From NCBI GenBank assembly GCA_964016885.1, contig OZ024756.1, forward strand, positions 32,798,001 through 32,862,000: DNA of 64,000 nucleotides. Direction: 5' to 3'. A program made the position numbers and the translations under genes. Positions 13,790 to 27,460 of this stretch are shown in pieces. The notes under the pieces were generated by a model. It searched no databases. It was not told where the DNA came from and saw nothing but the letters and a program-made list of their open reading frames with translations. Source of the stretch: Eledone cirrhosa (lineage: Eukaryota). The first letter of the stretch is position 1, and the number at the start of each line of letters is the position of its first letter.

Positions 13790-14875
13790 TGGTAGTGGTG
13801 ATGTTGTTGGCGGTGATGGTGATGTTGTTGGTGGTGGTGTTAGTGTTGATGGTGATGTTGGTGGTGGTGGTAGTAGTGTTGCTGGTGATGTTGGTGGTGG
13901 TGGTAGTGTTAGTGTTGATGGTGATGTTGTTGGTGGTGTTAGTGTTAGTGTTGATGGTGATGTTGTTGGTGGTGGTAGTGTTAGTGTTGATGGTGATGTT
14001 GTTGGTGGTGGTAGTGTTAGTGTTGATGGTGATGTTGGTGGTGGTGGTAGTGTTAGTGTTGATGGTGATGTTGGTGATGTTGGTGGTAGTGTGAGTGTTG
14101 ATGGTGATGTTGGTGGTGGTGGTAGTGTTAGTGTTGATGGTGATGTTGTTGGTGGTGGTAGTGTTAGTGTTGATGGTGATGTTGGTGGTGGTGGTAGTGT
14201 TAGTGTTGATGGTGATGTTGTTGGTGGTGGTAGTGTTAGTGTTGATGGTGATGTTGGTGGTGGTGGTAGTGTTAGTGTTGATGGTGATGTTGTTGGTGGT
14301 GGTAGTAGTGTTAGTGTTGATGGTGATGTTGTTGGTGGTGGTAGTAGTGTTAGTGTTGATGGTGATGTTGTTGGTGGTGGTGTTAGTGTTAGTGTTAATG
14401 GTGATGTTGTTGGTGGTGGTAGTGTTACTGTTGATGGTGATGTTGTTGGTGGTGGTAGTGTTAGTGTTGATGGTGATGTTGGTGGTGGTGGTAGTGTTAG
14501 TGTTGATGGTGATGTTGTTGGTGGTGGTAGTGTTACTGTTGATGGTGATGTTGTTGGTGGTGATAGTGTTACTGTGGATGGTGATGTTGTTGGTGGTGGT
14601 AGTGTTAGTGTTGATGGTGATGTTGGTGGTGGTGGTAGTGTTAGTGTTGATGGTGGTGTTAGTGTTAGTGTTGATGGTGATGTTGGTGGTAGTAGTGTTA
14701 GTGTTGATGGTGATGTTGGTGGTGGTGGTAGTGTTAGTGTTGATGGTGATGTTGGTGGTGGTGGTAGTGTTAGTGTTGATGGTGATGTTGTTGGTGGTGG
14801 TAGTGTTAGTGTTGATGGTGATGTTGTTGGTGGTGGTAGTGTTAGTGTTGATGGTGATGTTGGTGGTGGTGGTAT
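13790..14875. repeat. ~36 bp GT-rich minisatellite built from trinucleotides
   Basis: Unit agtgttagtgttgatggtgatgtt(g/t)gtggtggtggt, roughly 30 copies. Confidence 0.95.
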
Positions 14876-15764
14876 TAATGGCAGCGAAACTTGAGATGGT
14901 CTTTCAGTGATAATCGTAGTGGTGGTGGTGCTGGTGACAAGAGTGTGATGGAAGGCTCGTTGTTATTGATATTGCTGGTGGTGATAACTTTGGGTATACT
15001 GTTAATGTTGAAGTTGGCGATGGTATGTTTGTGCGGAGTTATGCTGGTGATGGTAGTATACTTTAGTGGTAATATTGTTGAAATTATAGGGGTAGAATTG
15101 ACATTAACGATGGAGGTGAGGCTGGTGATGATATTTGTGGCTCGATGGTTGTAGTGATGATGGCATAGGTGTTGATATCGGTGGTAATGTTGATTTGGGT
15201 GTTGATGCTATTCTTGATATTGGTCTGCTTGTGGTGGTTATGGTATGAATGGTGTTATTAGTGATGATATTGGTGGAGCTATGATGATGAGTGCTTTGGT
15301 GGCCGCGCTAGTGATGCTACGCCTGTCGGTGGTAATGCCGATGATGATGATGGGGTTGCTTATAGTGGGTGTTATGAAGTGTAGGGGAGAGAATCTTTCT
15401 ATAAATCTTGAAATGTGTGATTAGATTTCTTTATCTTTGGGAAACAATAATTTTAGGAAAACCTTTAGAAATCAAAACATTTATTATTGAAATAGCGGAC
15501 ATAGGAAAAGCTATTGAAAATGGTGGTAATGTTGATTGTGATACAAATAATTATGATGATGATGATGATAAAAGTAATAATAATGGTTTCTGATTAAGGA
15601 ACAAGACCAATAATATTATAGGTGAGAAGGATCGATTGTAACAACATTTCACTCATTTTAATATGAATGAAAGCAACGCCAGTCTGAGCAGCAGTTCGAT
15701 AAGGCTATCGGGTCCATACTTTCTATGTGTGACCCTCAACAAATCCTGTGGTAAGCGCGTTTAA

Positions 15765-15857
<93 letters not shown>

Positions 15858-15858
15858 C

Positions 15859-16105
15859 GAAGTATTTCCGTAGAAAGGTTAAAAGAAAGGAGAGTGCTCT
15901 ATGTATGCTACAGACCTATTTAAATTATAAATAAACAGCACAATACAATTATTCCATTTACCAAAGGTTTCAAGATGAAAAGGCAAGCTCAACATCTATA
16001 TTAATGTTTTCCTTCTGATGAACCATTTCAGACGTCTCTCTTGAGCTCGCCTGTCTTTGTGAAACCTTTGGTAAATGGAATAATTGTATTGTGTTGTTTA
16101 TTACA

Positions 16106-16110
<5 letters not shown>
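15859..16110. mobile_element. (TA)n-inserted fold-back element, family H2
   Basis: Inverted arms caattattccatttaccaaaggtttca / tgaaacctttggtaaatggaataattg; same head as 51103-51390. Confidence 0.75.
16009..16080 (+). ncRNA. Type I hammerhead motif (H2), stem II degraded
   Basis: ttcctt-CTGATGA-...-GAAAC-ctttg-GTA-aatggaa. Confidence 0.55.
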
Positions 16111-16176
<66 letters not shown>

Positions 16177-16183
<7 letters not shown>

Positions 16184-17341
16184 TTAGAAACACACAGATA
16201 CATGCGGACACACACATATACATGAATGCATCCACACCCAACCGTGAGTTAAGGGTGCCAACCTCACTGATGTTGCTCAATGAATGACTGGGACAGACCA
16301 ATCCGGTTGAACTAGACTGAACCAGTATCAGAGTTAAAAATACATTATGAAACATTTAGATATAATTAGTAATAAAATGAAACATTTAGATATAATTAGT
16401 AATAAAATGTATCATACCTAAACTGCTCCTAGATTCCTCGACTACGTAGTTTCGTGGCATAAACAAAAACAATACATCATAAATATATAGAGTCCTTGCG
16501 AGGTCTGCCGACTTATCAAGAGGATACCTCATTTTACTAGCCTCAAGAACGCGTCTACACGACGTGAGAAAGAATCCCAAAATGCGGAGGGGGAGATAGG
16601 CACGCGATATAACGGTCGAGAAACAGAGCTATGCCTCTTATAACCCCGAAGAAAATACCACGGAGGCGGAGGGGGTATTTATATCGAAGCCGTAGAAGAG
16701 GTGGTGAAGGAGGGGAGAAGTATGAGTAATGGCAGCTTTCCAGCAGTCACCACACTTCAGAGATTACTCAACCAGAGGGAGTTATTAACAATATATTTAG
16801 AAACACACAGATACATGCGGACACACACATATACATGAATGCATCCACACCCAAACGTGAGTTAAGGGTGCCAACCTCACCGATGTTGCTCAATGAATGA
16901 CTGGGACAGACCAATCCGGTTGAACTAGACTGAACCAGTATCAGAGTTAAAAATACATTATGAAGAGAGAAGAAACATTTAGATATAATTAGTAATAAAA
17001 TGTATCATACCTAAACTGCTCCTAGATTCCTCGACTACGTAGTTTCGTGGCATAAACAAAAACAATACATCATAAAGATATAGAGTCCTTGCGAGGTCTG
17101 CCGACTTATCAAGAGGATACCTCATTTTACTAGCCTCAAGAACGCGTCTACACGACGTGAGAAAGAATCCCAAAATGCGGTATCCTCTTGATAAGTCGAC
17201 AGACCTCGCAAGGACTCTCTATCTTTATAATGTATTGTTTTTGTTTATGCCACGAAACTACGTAGTCGAGGAATCTAGGAGCAGTTTAGGTATGATACAT
17301 TTTATTACTAATTATATCTAAATGTTTCTTCTCTCTTCATA

Positions 17342-17347
<6 letters not shown>
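16177..17347 (-). mobile_element. Penelope-like pLTR array: direct tandem plus terminal inverted copy
   Basis: Direct repeats 16177-16587 and 16790-17180 (period ~613 bp), inverted copy 17179-17347, TA flanks; each copy has GAAAC-tacgta-GTC. Confidence 0.8.
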
Positions 17348-17418
<71 letters not shown>

Positions 17419-17716
17419 TGTGTATGTGTCAGGTTTATAATAGAAATAGTTTGTTCAACACTAGAACTGTTTCAATCTATATAAATCACCAGGAAAGATT
17501 CATTCAGACTTTCAGAAGTTATTTCTATATTAAACCTGGTATTTACACTCCACAAATGTATTGAGTACTTTACTAATTTTTACCCCCGATTGAACACGAG
17601 ACTCAAACATTCCTCCACACACACACATGCATATAACAGACATAAAAGTATACTGTGAAAATTCGAAATGAGCACTGGTTTAATGACATGCAAGCTTCTT
17701 TAATATACATAGATAA

Positions 17717-17804
<88 letters not shown>

Positions 17805-18411
17805 TGCTTGCGCTGTCCTTGTTTCATATGAAAACAGATCAGCCATAGTCACATACATTATACCAAACCAACAACAATGAAATGAATGCTAAAATGAAAA
17901 AATATAACAAGGTTGTTAAAGTTCAAAGTTCAGCCCTCGGTTAAACGTGATTCACATGTGATTTATATGTTATCACGATACCCAAATGAAATCCATTTAC
18001 AGTTATGATCAAATATAAGGAGACACAAATAAATCTTAAAACGAAAAATGCATTATTTCAATCTTTAACAATATCTACTGATCTACATTTCAATAATATT
18101 ATGTTCAGCACTATATACATGCATTTATACTATCCGCCGTATACACATGGACCATCGAACCATCATATCATGATATGTTTCATTAACAGATCTGAGGGTA
18201 TGACTTCCTGCTGCCAGTAAAGTAGTTTATATTAAATGTGCGGGTCTGTTGTGTGTAAACAAAGCAATAAACACACACCGTATATAATATATACACACCG
18301 ACGCATATATATATATATATATATATTTATTTATTAACATAACAGAGTGTATGTGTATGGATGTGTGTGCGTGTGAGAGAGAGCGCGTGCGTGTGTAAAA
18401 ATATACAAATA

Positions 18412-18443
<32 letters not shown>

Positions 18444-18521
18444 CATGCATATATATGTATATCTATATAAATATATATAGATGTATATATAAATGCATAC
18501 ATATATATGCATATATATATG

Positions 18522-18575
<54 letters not shown>

Positions 18576-18578
<3 letters not shown>

Positions 18579-18663
18579 TGCAGTATTCCATCATATATAT
18601 ATATACACACACATACACACACACATACACATATATCTATTTATGTATATATACATATATATT

Positions 18664-18696
<33 letters not shown>

Positions 18697-18915
18697 TTAT
18701 ATATACATATATATATTTATTTATATATATCTATATATATGTATATAGATATATATAAATAAATATATATAAATAAATATATATATATATAAATACATAC
18801 ATATATATATATATAAATATATATGTATATATACATAAATATATATATATATGTGTATATGTGTGTGTGTGTGTACGTATATACATGTATATATATGATG
18901 GAATACTGAACCATG
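18576..18915. repeat. Fold-back inverted repeat within microsatellite
   Basis: tggtgcagtattccatcat / atgatggaatactgaacca with mirrored internal low-complexity sequence. Confidence 0.65.
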
Positions 18916-19039
18916 AGAAAGATGTAAGTATACAGCAGTAATGTTTCAACTATCAACTTTTAGCTAAAGTGCATTTCCCTGTCAACATCTCAGCTCTGAT
19001 TTCGTATTTTATTTGAAGGAATTGAGTGATATTCAATGG

Positions 19040-19132
<93 letters not shown>

Positions 19133-19224
19133 GTATATATATATGCATGTAGACATTGATATATATATATTTATTGCACTTCCGAGATAGTATAGAAATG
19201 TATGTGTGTGTGTGTGCGTATATA

Positions 19225-19618
<394 letters not shown>

Positions 19619-19674
19619 TATGTATATACATATATACATATATATTGAAAATTAGAATTGCTGCTCTGAAATAG

Positions 19675-19850
19675 CTATATATATATATGAATGTATATAT
19701 ATAGTGTATTTTGCAATACACTGTATGCTTAATTAAAAGCATTTCGAAGACCTTATGCTATTGTGAGTCTGTCACTACTCTAAAACAATAGCATAAGGTC
19801 TTCCAATTGCTTTTAATTAGGCATACAGTGCAAAATACACTATATATACA

Positions 19851-19860
<10 letters not shown>
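19675..19860. repeat. Fold-back inverted repeat in (TA)n
   Basis: gtgtattttgca..gaagaccttatgctattg / caatagcataaggtcttc..tgcaaaatacac. Confidence 0.75.
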
Positions 19861-19903
<43 letters not shown>

Positions 19904-20190
19904 GTTTATGCTTGACGATTGAGAGAAAAGCGTACTCAATACCGAAGTTGAATTTAATATTCATTTAAGTCTAAATAATGAGTTTTGTTCGCCGTTTCGC
20001 TAGGCTAAACTCCAGAGTAGCATAACTCAATATTTTGCCTTAACCATGAATATATATATATATATATATAAATATTTACACATACACCAACTAAACAAAG
20101 TCAGAGGTATATATGTGTTATGGCAACTTTTCACGTTGTGGCTCTATGAAGAATTAATAAATTAAATATTAAATATTCAGAGCAAACTAC

Positions 20191-20337
20191 TAAAGAGTAA
20201 AGCATGTCCAGAGAATTATTTAATAATATATATACATCATTTATTTATTTTTTATTTTCGTAGTTAATTATGCTGATTGGGAGTAGAGATGATGTATATA
20301 TATTATCAAATAATTCTCTGGACATGCTTTACTCTTT

Positions 20338-20340
<3 letters not shown>
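20191..20340. repeat. Fold-back inverted repeat in (TA)n
   Basis: taaagagtaaagcatgtccagagaattattt / aaataattctctggacatgctttactcttta. Confidence 0.75.
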
Positions 20341-20376
<36 letters not shown>

Positions 20377-20427
20377 TTAATATATAATGGAACAAAGAAT
20401 CAGTGTTCATCATTTACATGTTTAATT

Positions 20428-20519
20428 ACATATTACACATGTTTCACTGTCGATCAGCTCGAGGAACGTTCTATTAATGATTGAAACTGAATCTGGAATC
20501 GAAAGCTCCTCAGATATGT
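20428..20519 (-). ncRNA. Type I hammerhead ribozyme motif (long stem II)
   Basis: Minus strand: acatat-CTGAGGA-gct ttcgatt...gatcga cagt-GAAAC-atgt-GTA-atatgt. Confidence 0.75.
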
Positions 20520-20718
20520 TTTAACATATGTTTGTATGTGGGGTTGTATGGTGTATGTATATATTTTTAATATTAATATGGAGATTCGACTACGAGTTTC
20601 CTGTTGTACCATCACCTCATTAATATAAAACTCTGCATCCCATCATGCAATGAATATTAATTTTCCTTGTATCCTTCTCGTTCTTCACACCATATCTCCC
20701 ATCACTCCCTTTCTCCCT

Positions 20719-20750
<32 letters not shown>

Positions 20751-20752
<2 letters not shown>

Positions 20753-20923
20753 TTTCTGAATTTGTTTAGCAAGATTCTTTATCTGAAATTGTGTGTTGAA
20801 ACCAATATTGTTATACAACCAGAAATTTGTAAATTCCTAAATTTATAAATTTATTATAATAAATTGAAGTGAAAGCAACTGGTGCGTGTGTTTCTTATTG
20901 GCAACATGACCCTCCCAAAGTAT

Positions 20924-20930
<7 letters not shown>
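20751..20930. mobile_element. (TA)n-inserted element, family G, rearranged copy
   Basis: Shares ttgggagggtcatgttgccaataagaaacacacgcacc and aagaatcttgctaaacaaattcagaaac with 23945, 26677, 27258 and 43865. Confidence 0.75.
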
Positions 20931-21000
<70 letters not shown>

Positions 21001-21001
<1 letters not shown>

Positions 21002-21330
21002 AGGAGGTGAGTTTTATTGTAGTACAATAAAGCAATGCAGATATCGGATAAGAAGCACTCTACAGTTTGTAGGACTGGAGTATACATTATATATAAGATC
21101 AAAAGATGGTGAAAAGAGTTCCATGTATTTTATTATGCGCATTTCCATGTATTTTATTATGTTGATTTAAAACTGCACTATCAACAAGTCTTTTTAACCT
21201 TCATATCATGTCTTCCTATTTTATCTGATGAAAACACAAATGTTATTGCCTGATGATATTTGTTTTTGAAATGCGCATAATAAAATACATGGAACTCTTT
21301 TAACCATCTTTTGATCTTATATATTATATA
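21001..21330. mobile_element. Family H1, second copy with a different inversion point
   Basis: Near-identical to 11700-11985 in opposite arrangement. Confidence 0.8.
21217..21287 (+). ncRNA. Type I hammerhead ribozyme motif (H1)
   Basis: tattttat-CTGATGA-aaac acaaatgttatt gcct gatgatatttgt tttt-GAAA-tgcgca-TA-ataaaata. Confidence 0.8.
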
Positions 21331-21769
21331 TATATATATATATATACAATCATGCGTATGTATTATAAGACATAGTGCAATTTCTCCCTAATTCTGTCTT
21401 TAGTTAACGGTGAATTACATTAGTTAAATAACTGTGATAGTTCACTTCTACAGTGCCAAAGTGAGAGTCACTGAAGTAATGTAAAATAAAATAATATTTA
21501 GAACTGAATCAAGATGTCGTATAATTGAATTTCCTCCTGTTGTGTAATTCGGTAATGCATTTTAAATCTTTTTTCTACACGTGTTTATCATAGAAATCTT
21601 TTACGTTCAACAAGAAGTGATTGTGTGGAGCGAAAAAAATTAATTGAACAAAATTAACATTACTCAAGCGCAAATTTCCTCCTCTCTTTGTATATTGTTC
21701 ATCTCTATCTCTCTCTATCTCTCTCTCTTTCTCTCTTGCTCTTTCTCCCTCTTGCTCTCTCCCCCTCTT

Positions 21770-21836
<67 letters not shown>

Positions 21837-22654
21837 TTGTGTATGTGTATGTGTATGTATGTATGTTGTATAATTGTGTGTCCTATTTGTGTGAAGGTCT
21901 AGATATTGTCTAGAAGTCACTGTCAAATAAAAGTGAAGTTAAACAACCAGAATAATGATTGATTCGTGACACACACTTAGCTTACGAGAGCTCATCAAAT
22001 GAATGACAAATATTAGAAACCAGTAAAATACATAATAGTTTTAAAGGAATCATTAAAAAAAAATGGATTTCAGCACCTCATTTAGGCGCAGTAATTGATT
22101 TAAAGTATTTGGAATTTTGCAATATAAAATGAATAGTTTAAATAATGTGTGCTGAGCGGCAGCATGCGTTGGTTTGAAATGCTAGTTTTGGTAATTTTAG
22201 TCATAGTGTTGACTGCAATGTTTGTGATGGTATGTGTGTAACAGGCATCTTGGCAGGGTAGGATGTCAGAAGAATAAAATTATGGTGCTGATTGGAGGAA
22301 GGATTACATAAAGGAAAATGATTTTGCGAAAAATATAGAGACGGATGTCATGTCATTGTACTTAAAGAATAATCTTTCGTTAGTTAATAATCCTTGCCAC
22401 GTCACGCATATAACCCCCATTTAAAGGCTTATGCGATGTTAATTTCCTTTTCGTTCTTTGATTTATATATAATATTTTATATTCATTATTTATATTACAT
22501 AAATTATATTTCCTTTTTGAATTTGTTTTGCAAGATTTCTTATCTGAAAACGTGTGTTGAAACAGATATTGTTATGCTTTGGGAGTTACTGAGAGTGCAT
22601 GAACTCGGCTGGAGGGAATTGTAGCGCACAATTAAATAACCGTGTTGCTGTCAT

Positions 22655-22819
22655 ATTTGTTGTTTTTGTTGTTATTGTTACTGTTGTTGTTTTTGTTTTT
22701 ATTTTTGTTGTTGTTGTTGTTGTTGTTCTTCTTCTTCTTCTTCTTCTTCTTCTTCTTCTTCTTCTTCTTCTTCTTCTTCTTCTTCTTCTTCTTCTTCTTC
22801 TTCTTCTTCTTCTTCTTCT

Positions 22820-22866
<47 letters not shown>

Positions 22867-22872
22867 TTCTTT
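22655..22872. repeat. (GTT)n-(CTT)n compound trinucleotide microsatellite
   Basis: Directly visible. Confidence 0.95.
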
Positions 22873-23709
22873 GTATGTTTTACTTTAACCTTATTTTACA
22901 TCGTTCTTCAAGAATATTGGATAATGAAATATAGTTGGTATTTATTTTCGCTATATCTTATTAGTCTTGTGTTTTACCTGCTCTTGTCCACTCACTCAGA
23001 TTCAGATTTCTTTTTGCTCCTGCAGAGCACTCGAGTATTTTCTGTATGCTTTTTTAAATTTGTGTCATCCATTTTAAATTTTGCCTTTCATACGTTATTT
23101 GATTGTTTTCTAAACTTATTCTTTCATTTATATATTTTATTTCGCTTTTAGCTAGTTGCAATAACACAGTCAACAGACATATAAAAATGACATATTTTAA
23201 AAACAAACATACATGTAAACAAAACAAAGAAATATATATTTTTTTTCAAAATGGCAGCTACAATAAAAATAACAGCAGCAATTAAAAAAAATGGAAACAA
23301 TAAAAACAAAATGAAGCAGACGAACTCATCATTAACAACAACAACAAAAGCATAAGAATGCTGAAATCAAAGCTAGTCATGATAATAAATATAACAAGTT
23401 AGTATGGCAAAATATATATATATATATTTTATAAATTTAAGAATTTTGTCAAAATGTCAACATTAATAATGATTTATGATTTAGGCACAGGGCCAGCATT
23501 GTTTGAAGGAGGGATATGTCGATTAAATCTACCCCAGTACGTTACTGGTACTAAAACCCTCCATCTCAATTTTGCTTTCGAAAAGCATAAGAACTGTGAA
23601 ACCGGTAAATGAAATAAATAAATATTCTTAAAAAGACTCCAATTGCATTTTCGATTTCTTTTCTTTATATATATATGGCCTCAGCCGGATGGCTGAAACA
23701 GGTAAAAGA

Positions 23710-23741
<32 letters not shown>

Positions 23742-23944
23742 ATGTATGTGTGTGCTGGGGGTAATATTGGTGAGTGAGTGAAAGATCACTTAATAACATG
23801 ATACAGATTAATATATATTTTTAGTTTTAAATGCCAAGTCATATACATGTTGCACTGTAGCTTCGAATGTATATTCACAGAGGCCGCAGAAATTAACAAC
23901 TAATGGGACTCTACCTTGATATTAATTCATAATATATATATATT

Positions 23945-24124
23945 GCTATACTTTGGGAGGGTCATGTTGCCAATAAGAAACACACGCACCAGTTGCTTTC
24001 ACTTCAATTTATTATAATAAATTTATAAATTTAGGAATTTATAAATTTCCGGTTGGTTGGTTGGTTCCACAACCAGATGGATGGTTGTTTATATAAAGAA
24101 TCTTGCTAAACAAATTCAGAAATG

Positions 24125-24128
<4 letters not shown>
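23945..24128. mobile_element. Family G copy with internal inversion
   Basis: Same two modules as 20751-20930 in a different orientation. Confidence 0.7.
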
Positions 24129-24164
<36 letters not shown>

Positions 24165-25009
24165 GCTCTGAGCCGGATCACGAATGAAGCACGTGAATGT
24201 GATAGTGAAAGAAAAATATATTAAACTTATATATGCTTTTCCCTGCTTTTAAAATGATTGCTTTGTGTATTGAAACAAATATGAAGAACATTCTCTTATT
24301 CCTTTTGTAGAAGGAATGCCGCCAGACATTGCGTATAAAGGTTTCACGGCTATTTCGCCCTTTATTAGTAGAGACGTACGGGTATTTTTCTGTCTATAAT
24401 GAATGGTATATACAAACGTTATTATTATATATGGATATATATATACACCTAAACTAATATAAGCAGCACATTAACACACATATGTTGACCTAGACCTTCA
24501 GACATAGTGATACTCTCTATTTTACGCACAGAGGCATTGGCATATAGCTATACCTATAAGCAGCTATCCAAACACACAGCCACCACCACAAACACACACA
24601 GAGACACGTATATATCTATACATACATACACACATACAAATACATACATTGTTACACAGAAATATATAGAGAAACATACACTCACGCAGCTATCCAAACA
24701 CACAGAGAATAGTTTATCAATGGATAGACCATCACATAGACACATACAAACACATATATACACACACGCCCACTCAAACACACACATAGAAGCAATGCCA
24801 TGGAAGCTCATTCATCCACACAGCTATCCAAACACACATGGAGCGACCATCAATGTAGATATATGTCATTTAGGAAAACAGTCGTGTCAGAAGTCAAAAC
24901 ATTGCTGAGAGAACGAAACAAAGATATTTTCTCTAAACTGAGTTTGTTTATTCAAGTTTTCTTAACTTCAAGTAGGCCACCAGACCGTATGGCTAGAGGA
25001 ACATACTAA

Positions 25010-25330
25010 CGTCTAGTGTTCTGAATACTAAATAGAAAATAAACTATGAAGTCTGTCATATACGTATAAGGAAGTTAATTGTAAAACTTTGCTCAACTGA
25101 TTCGTGCGCAGAAACTTCCTATATAAATGTATGACTTAAGGAAATTAGTAAAGGGTAAAGTTCTGAATACTAAATACAATATATGTTTGAGATTATCATT
25201 ATGTAGTGAGTATTAACATAGATTAACATAGATGTCCAAACGATTGCTGCACAAAAACTTCCTCGAACCGTATAGCTGGAGGGGCATACCACACAGCAGT
25301 GTTCTGAATACCAAATACAAATTATGAAGG
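25010..25330. repeat. Degenerate tandem repeat, ~143 bp period
   Basis: gttctgaatac(t/c)aaata near 25018, 25160 and 25301; aaacttcct recurs at the same spacing. Confidence 0.55.
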
Positions 25331-25477
25331 AATATTTAGGCGCGTCAGTCAACATTCTTCCTTCTTTAGGGCGAATCTATACAATTTCCTCAAATATGTA
25401 CAGTCAACGGCTGTTGTCACAGTTACTTTCAGCATTTGTGACTGACATTTTCAAATTTCAATATTTCAAACATTCGT

Positions 25478-25692
25478 AGGGAGCTGGATAGGCAGTATCG
25501 GTAGAGTGACAGACAACATGCTCTGTGATTCATAGGCACGACTTATTACGTTCTCAGTTCAGATCCCGCCGAGTTTAACATTACCTTTCATCGTTATGGG
25601 CTCGCTAAAATAACATACCTGTATAACACTGAGGTCGATTTAATCGAATTTTCCCTCCCCTAAAATTATTGAACTTGTGCCTGAATCAGAAA

Positions 25693-25695
<3 letters not shown>
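25478..25695 (+). mobile_element. SINE family A
   Basis: ggcagtatcggtagag...gttcagatcccgccgag...cctttcatcgttatgggctcgctaaaataa. Confidence 0.7.
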
Positions 25696-25751
<56 letters not shown>

Positions 25752-26029
25752 GTCATTACTATAGTAGAGGTCAGACAATTTTTTATTACAGGGTCGGGCC
25801 AGATTGATACATATCGAACCTTGAGCTTGTCAATAGCGAAACGCACGTCACTGCTCAATAAACATAATGAAGACATAACAAATCCATGGTAGTATGGACG
25901 AAACAAGAGAAGAAAAGAAATCCTTCCTCAGCTGTAAACCGGGATCAAGATGTTTCGGCGTGTAATACAGGACATCTATGTACACGATATATTTTTTTTT
26001 TTTTTTAATATATTTTTGTTTTTTGTTTC

Positions 26030-26346
26030 TACATAGTCCTTCAGTACATCTTATGCTATGTAGAAACAACAATATAGTGTACATAGGTGAGACAGCTCGT
26101 AGTATAGGGGAACGAATAAATGAACACTGGCGAGACCTCCAAGATAATAAAGAATCATCTGTGCACTATCAACATGCTAAGATAGAACACAGGGGTAGAT
26201 TAGAGAGCATAGAAATAAAAATAGAATCCACACACAGAAAAGACGCAATGTTTAGGCAAATTACAGAGGCAGTAAGCATAAAAGAATTAAAACCAAAATT
26301 AAATAGAAAATATGAGTGGAACAGCAACATCACAACTTACAATTAA
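26030..26346 (+). pseudogene. 5'-truncated Penelope-like element ORF, GIY-YIG endonuclease domain
   Basis: VHLMLC...VYIGETARSIGERINEH...H..H...RQITEAVSIKELKPKLNRK; YIGET, R..EH, E and P.LN motifs of PLE GIY-YIG. Confidence 0.9.
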
Positions 26347-26470
26347 GGACAAAATGAAAACACACACACACATAGAACAAACAACTTACAATTAAGGACA
26401 AAATGAAAACACACACAAAATGAAAACACACACAGGACAAAATGAAAACACACACACACATAGAACAAAC
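26332..26470 (+). repeat. Short tandem repeats in the PLE 3' region
   Basis: (aggac)aaaatgaaaacacacaca repeated four times. Confidence 0.8.
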
Positions 26471-26627
26471 AATAAATAAATAAATAAATAAACAAATAGA
26501 TAAATGAACACAAACACACACAGACACCCGGATGTGGCGCATGCGCAAACTGAGCACACAACACACAGAAACAAAATGGCGTAGGATAGAAGAAAGGAAA
26601 GGCACAGAAACGAAGAAAGGAATCCCC

Positions 26628-26672
26628 AGTCACTGAAGAGGTCACAGAGTGTGTGACGAAAGGACTATGACT
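26628..26672 (+). ncRNA. Minimal type I hammerhead ribozyme in PLE pLTR
   Basis: agtca-CTGAAGA-g gtcaca gagtg tgtgac-GAAA-ggac-TA-tgact, ~280 bp downstream of the GIY-YIG ORF on the same strand. Confidence 0.75.
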
Positions 26673-26676
26673 ATAT

Positions 26677-26834
26677 ATAAACAACTATCTGGTTGTAGAA
26701 CCAACCAACCAACCAGAAATTTATAAGTTTGTAAATTTGTAAATTTATAAATTTATAAATATATAATAAATTGAAGTGAAAGCAACTGGTGCGTGTGTTT
26801 CTTATTGGCAACATGACCCTCCCAAAGTATAACA

Positions 26835-26836
<2 letters not shown>
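26677..26836 (-). mobile_element. Family G copy abutting the PLE
   Basis: Reverse complement of 23945-24092. Confidence 0.7.
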
Positions 26837-26870
<34 letters not shown>

Positions 26871-27159
26871 ATATATATATGTATATACATATATATCTAT
26901 GTATACATACATACATATATGTATACAGACGTACAGTAGCATGTATATATATACATACATACTTACATTTAAGTAAGTGCCGTACTAAGAGTGAGAAATG
27001 AAATTTCGTTTCATTCTATTTCATATATATATCTATATATATATATAAATGTATATATATATATATATATAATGAAAAATTTGAACAGGGACAGAACAGA
27101 GAGGCAGTACAATAAATGTTTATTAAATTCACGCTCAGGAGAGTGGGGGGTAGGTGGGG

Positions 27160-27257
<98 letters not shown>

Positions 27258-27460
27258 GGTTATACTTTGGGAGGGTCATGTTGCCAATAAGAAATAAAAA
27301 ATAAAATAAAAAATTAAATTAAATTAAATTAAATTGAAGTGAAAGCAACTGGTGCGTGTGTTTCTTATTGGCAACATGACCCTCCCAAAGTATAACAATA
27401 TCGGTTTCAACACACGATTTCAGATAAAGAATCTTGCTAAACAAATTCAGAAACGAAATA
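27258..27460. mobile_element. Family G fold-back copy
   Basis: gttatactttgggagggtcatgttgccaataagaaa / tttcttattggcaacatgaccctcccaaagtataac. Confidence 0.8.

Noticed and set aside
13704-14910. 396 aa Gly/Val/Asp-rich and Val/Leu/Met-rich ORFs as genes
   Set aside because: Explained by a trinucleotide-derived minisatellite lacking stop codons
16386-17173. Duplicated 64 aa ORF
   Set aside because: By-product of the tandem unit; non-ATG start and no recognisable motif
22599-23151. Poly-Leu and poly-Phe ORFs
   Set aside because: (CTT)n microsatellite
25800-25920. Hammerhead-like GAAAC-gcac-GTC and ATGAAGA...GAAAC
   Set aside because: Could not assemble core and stems in the correct order
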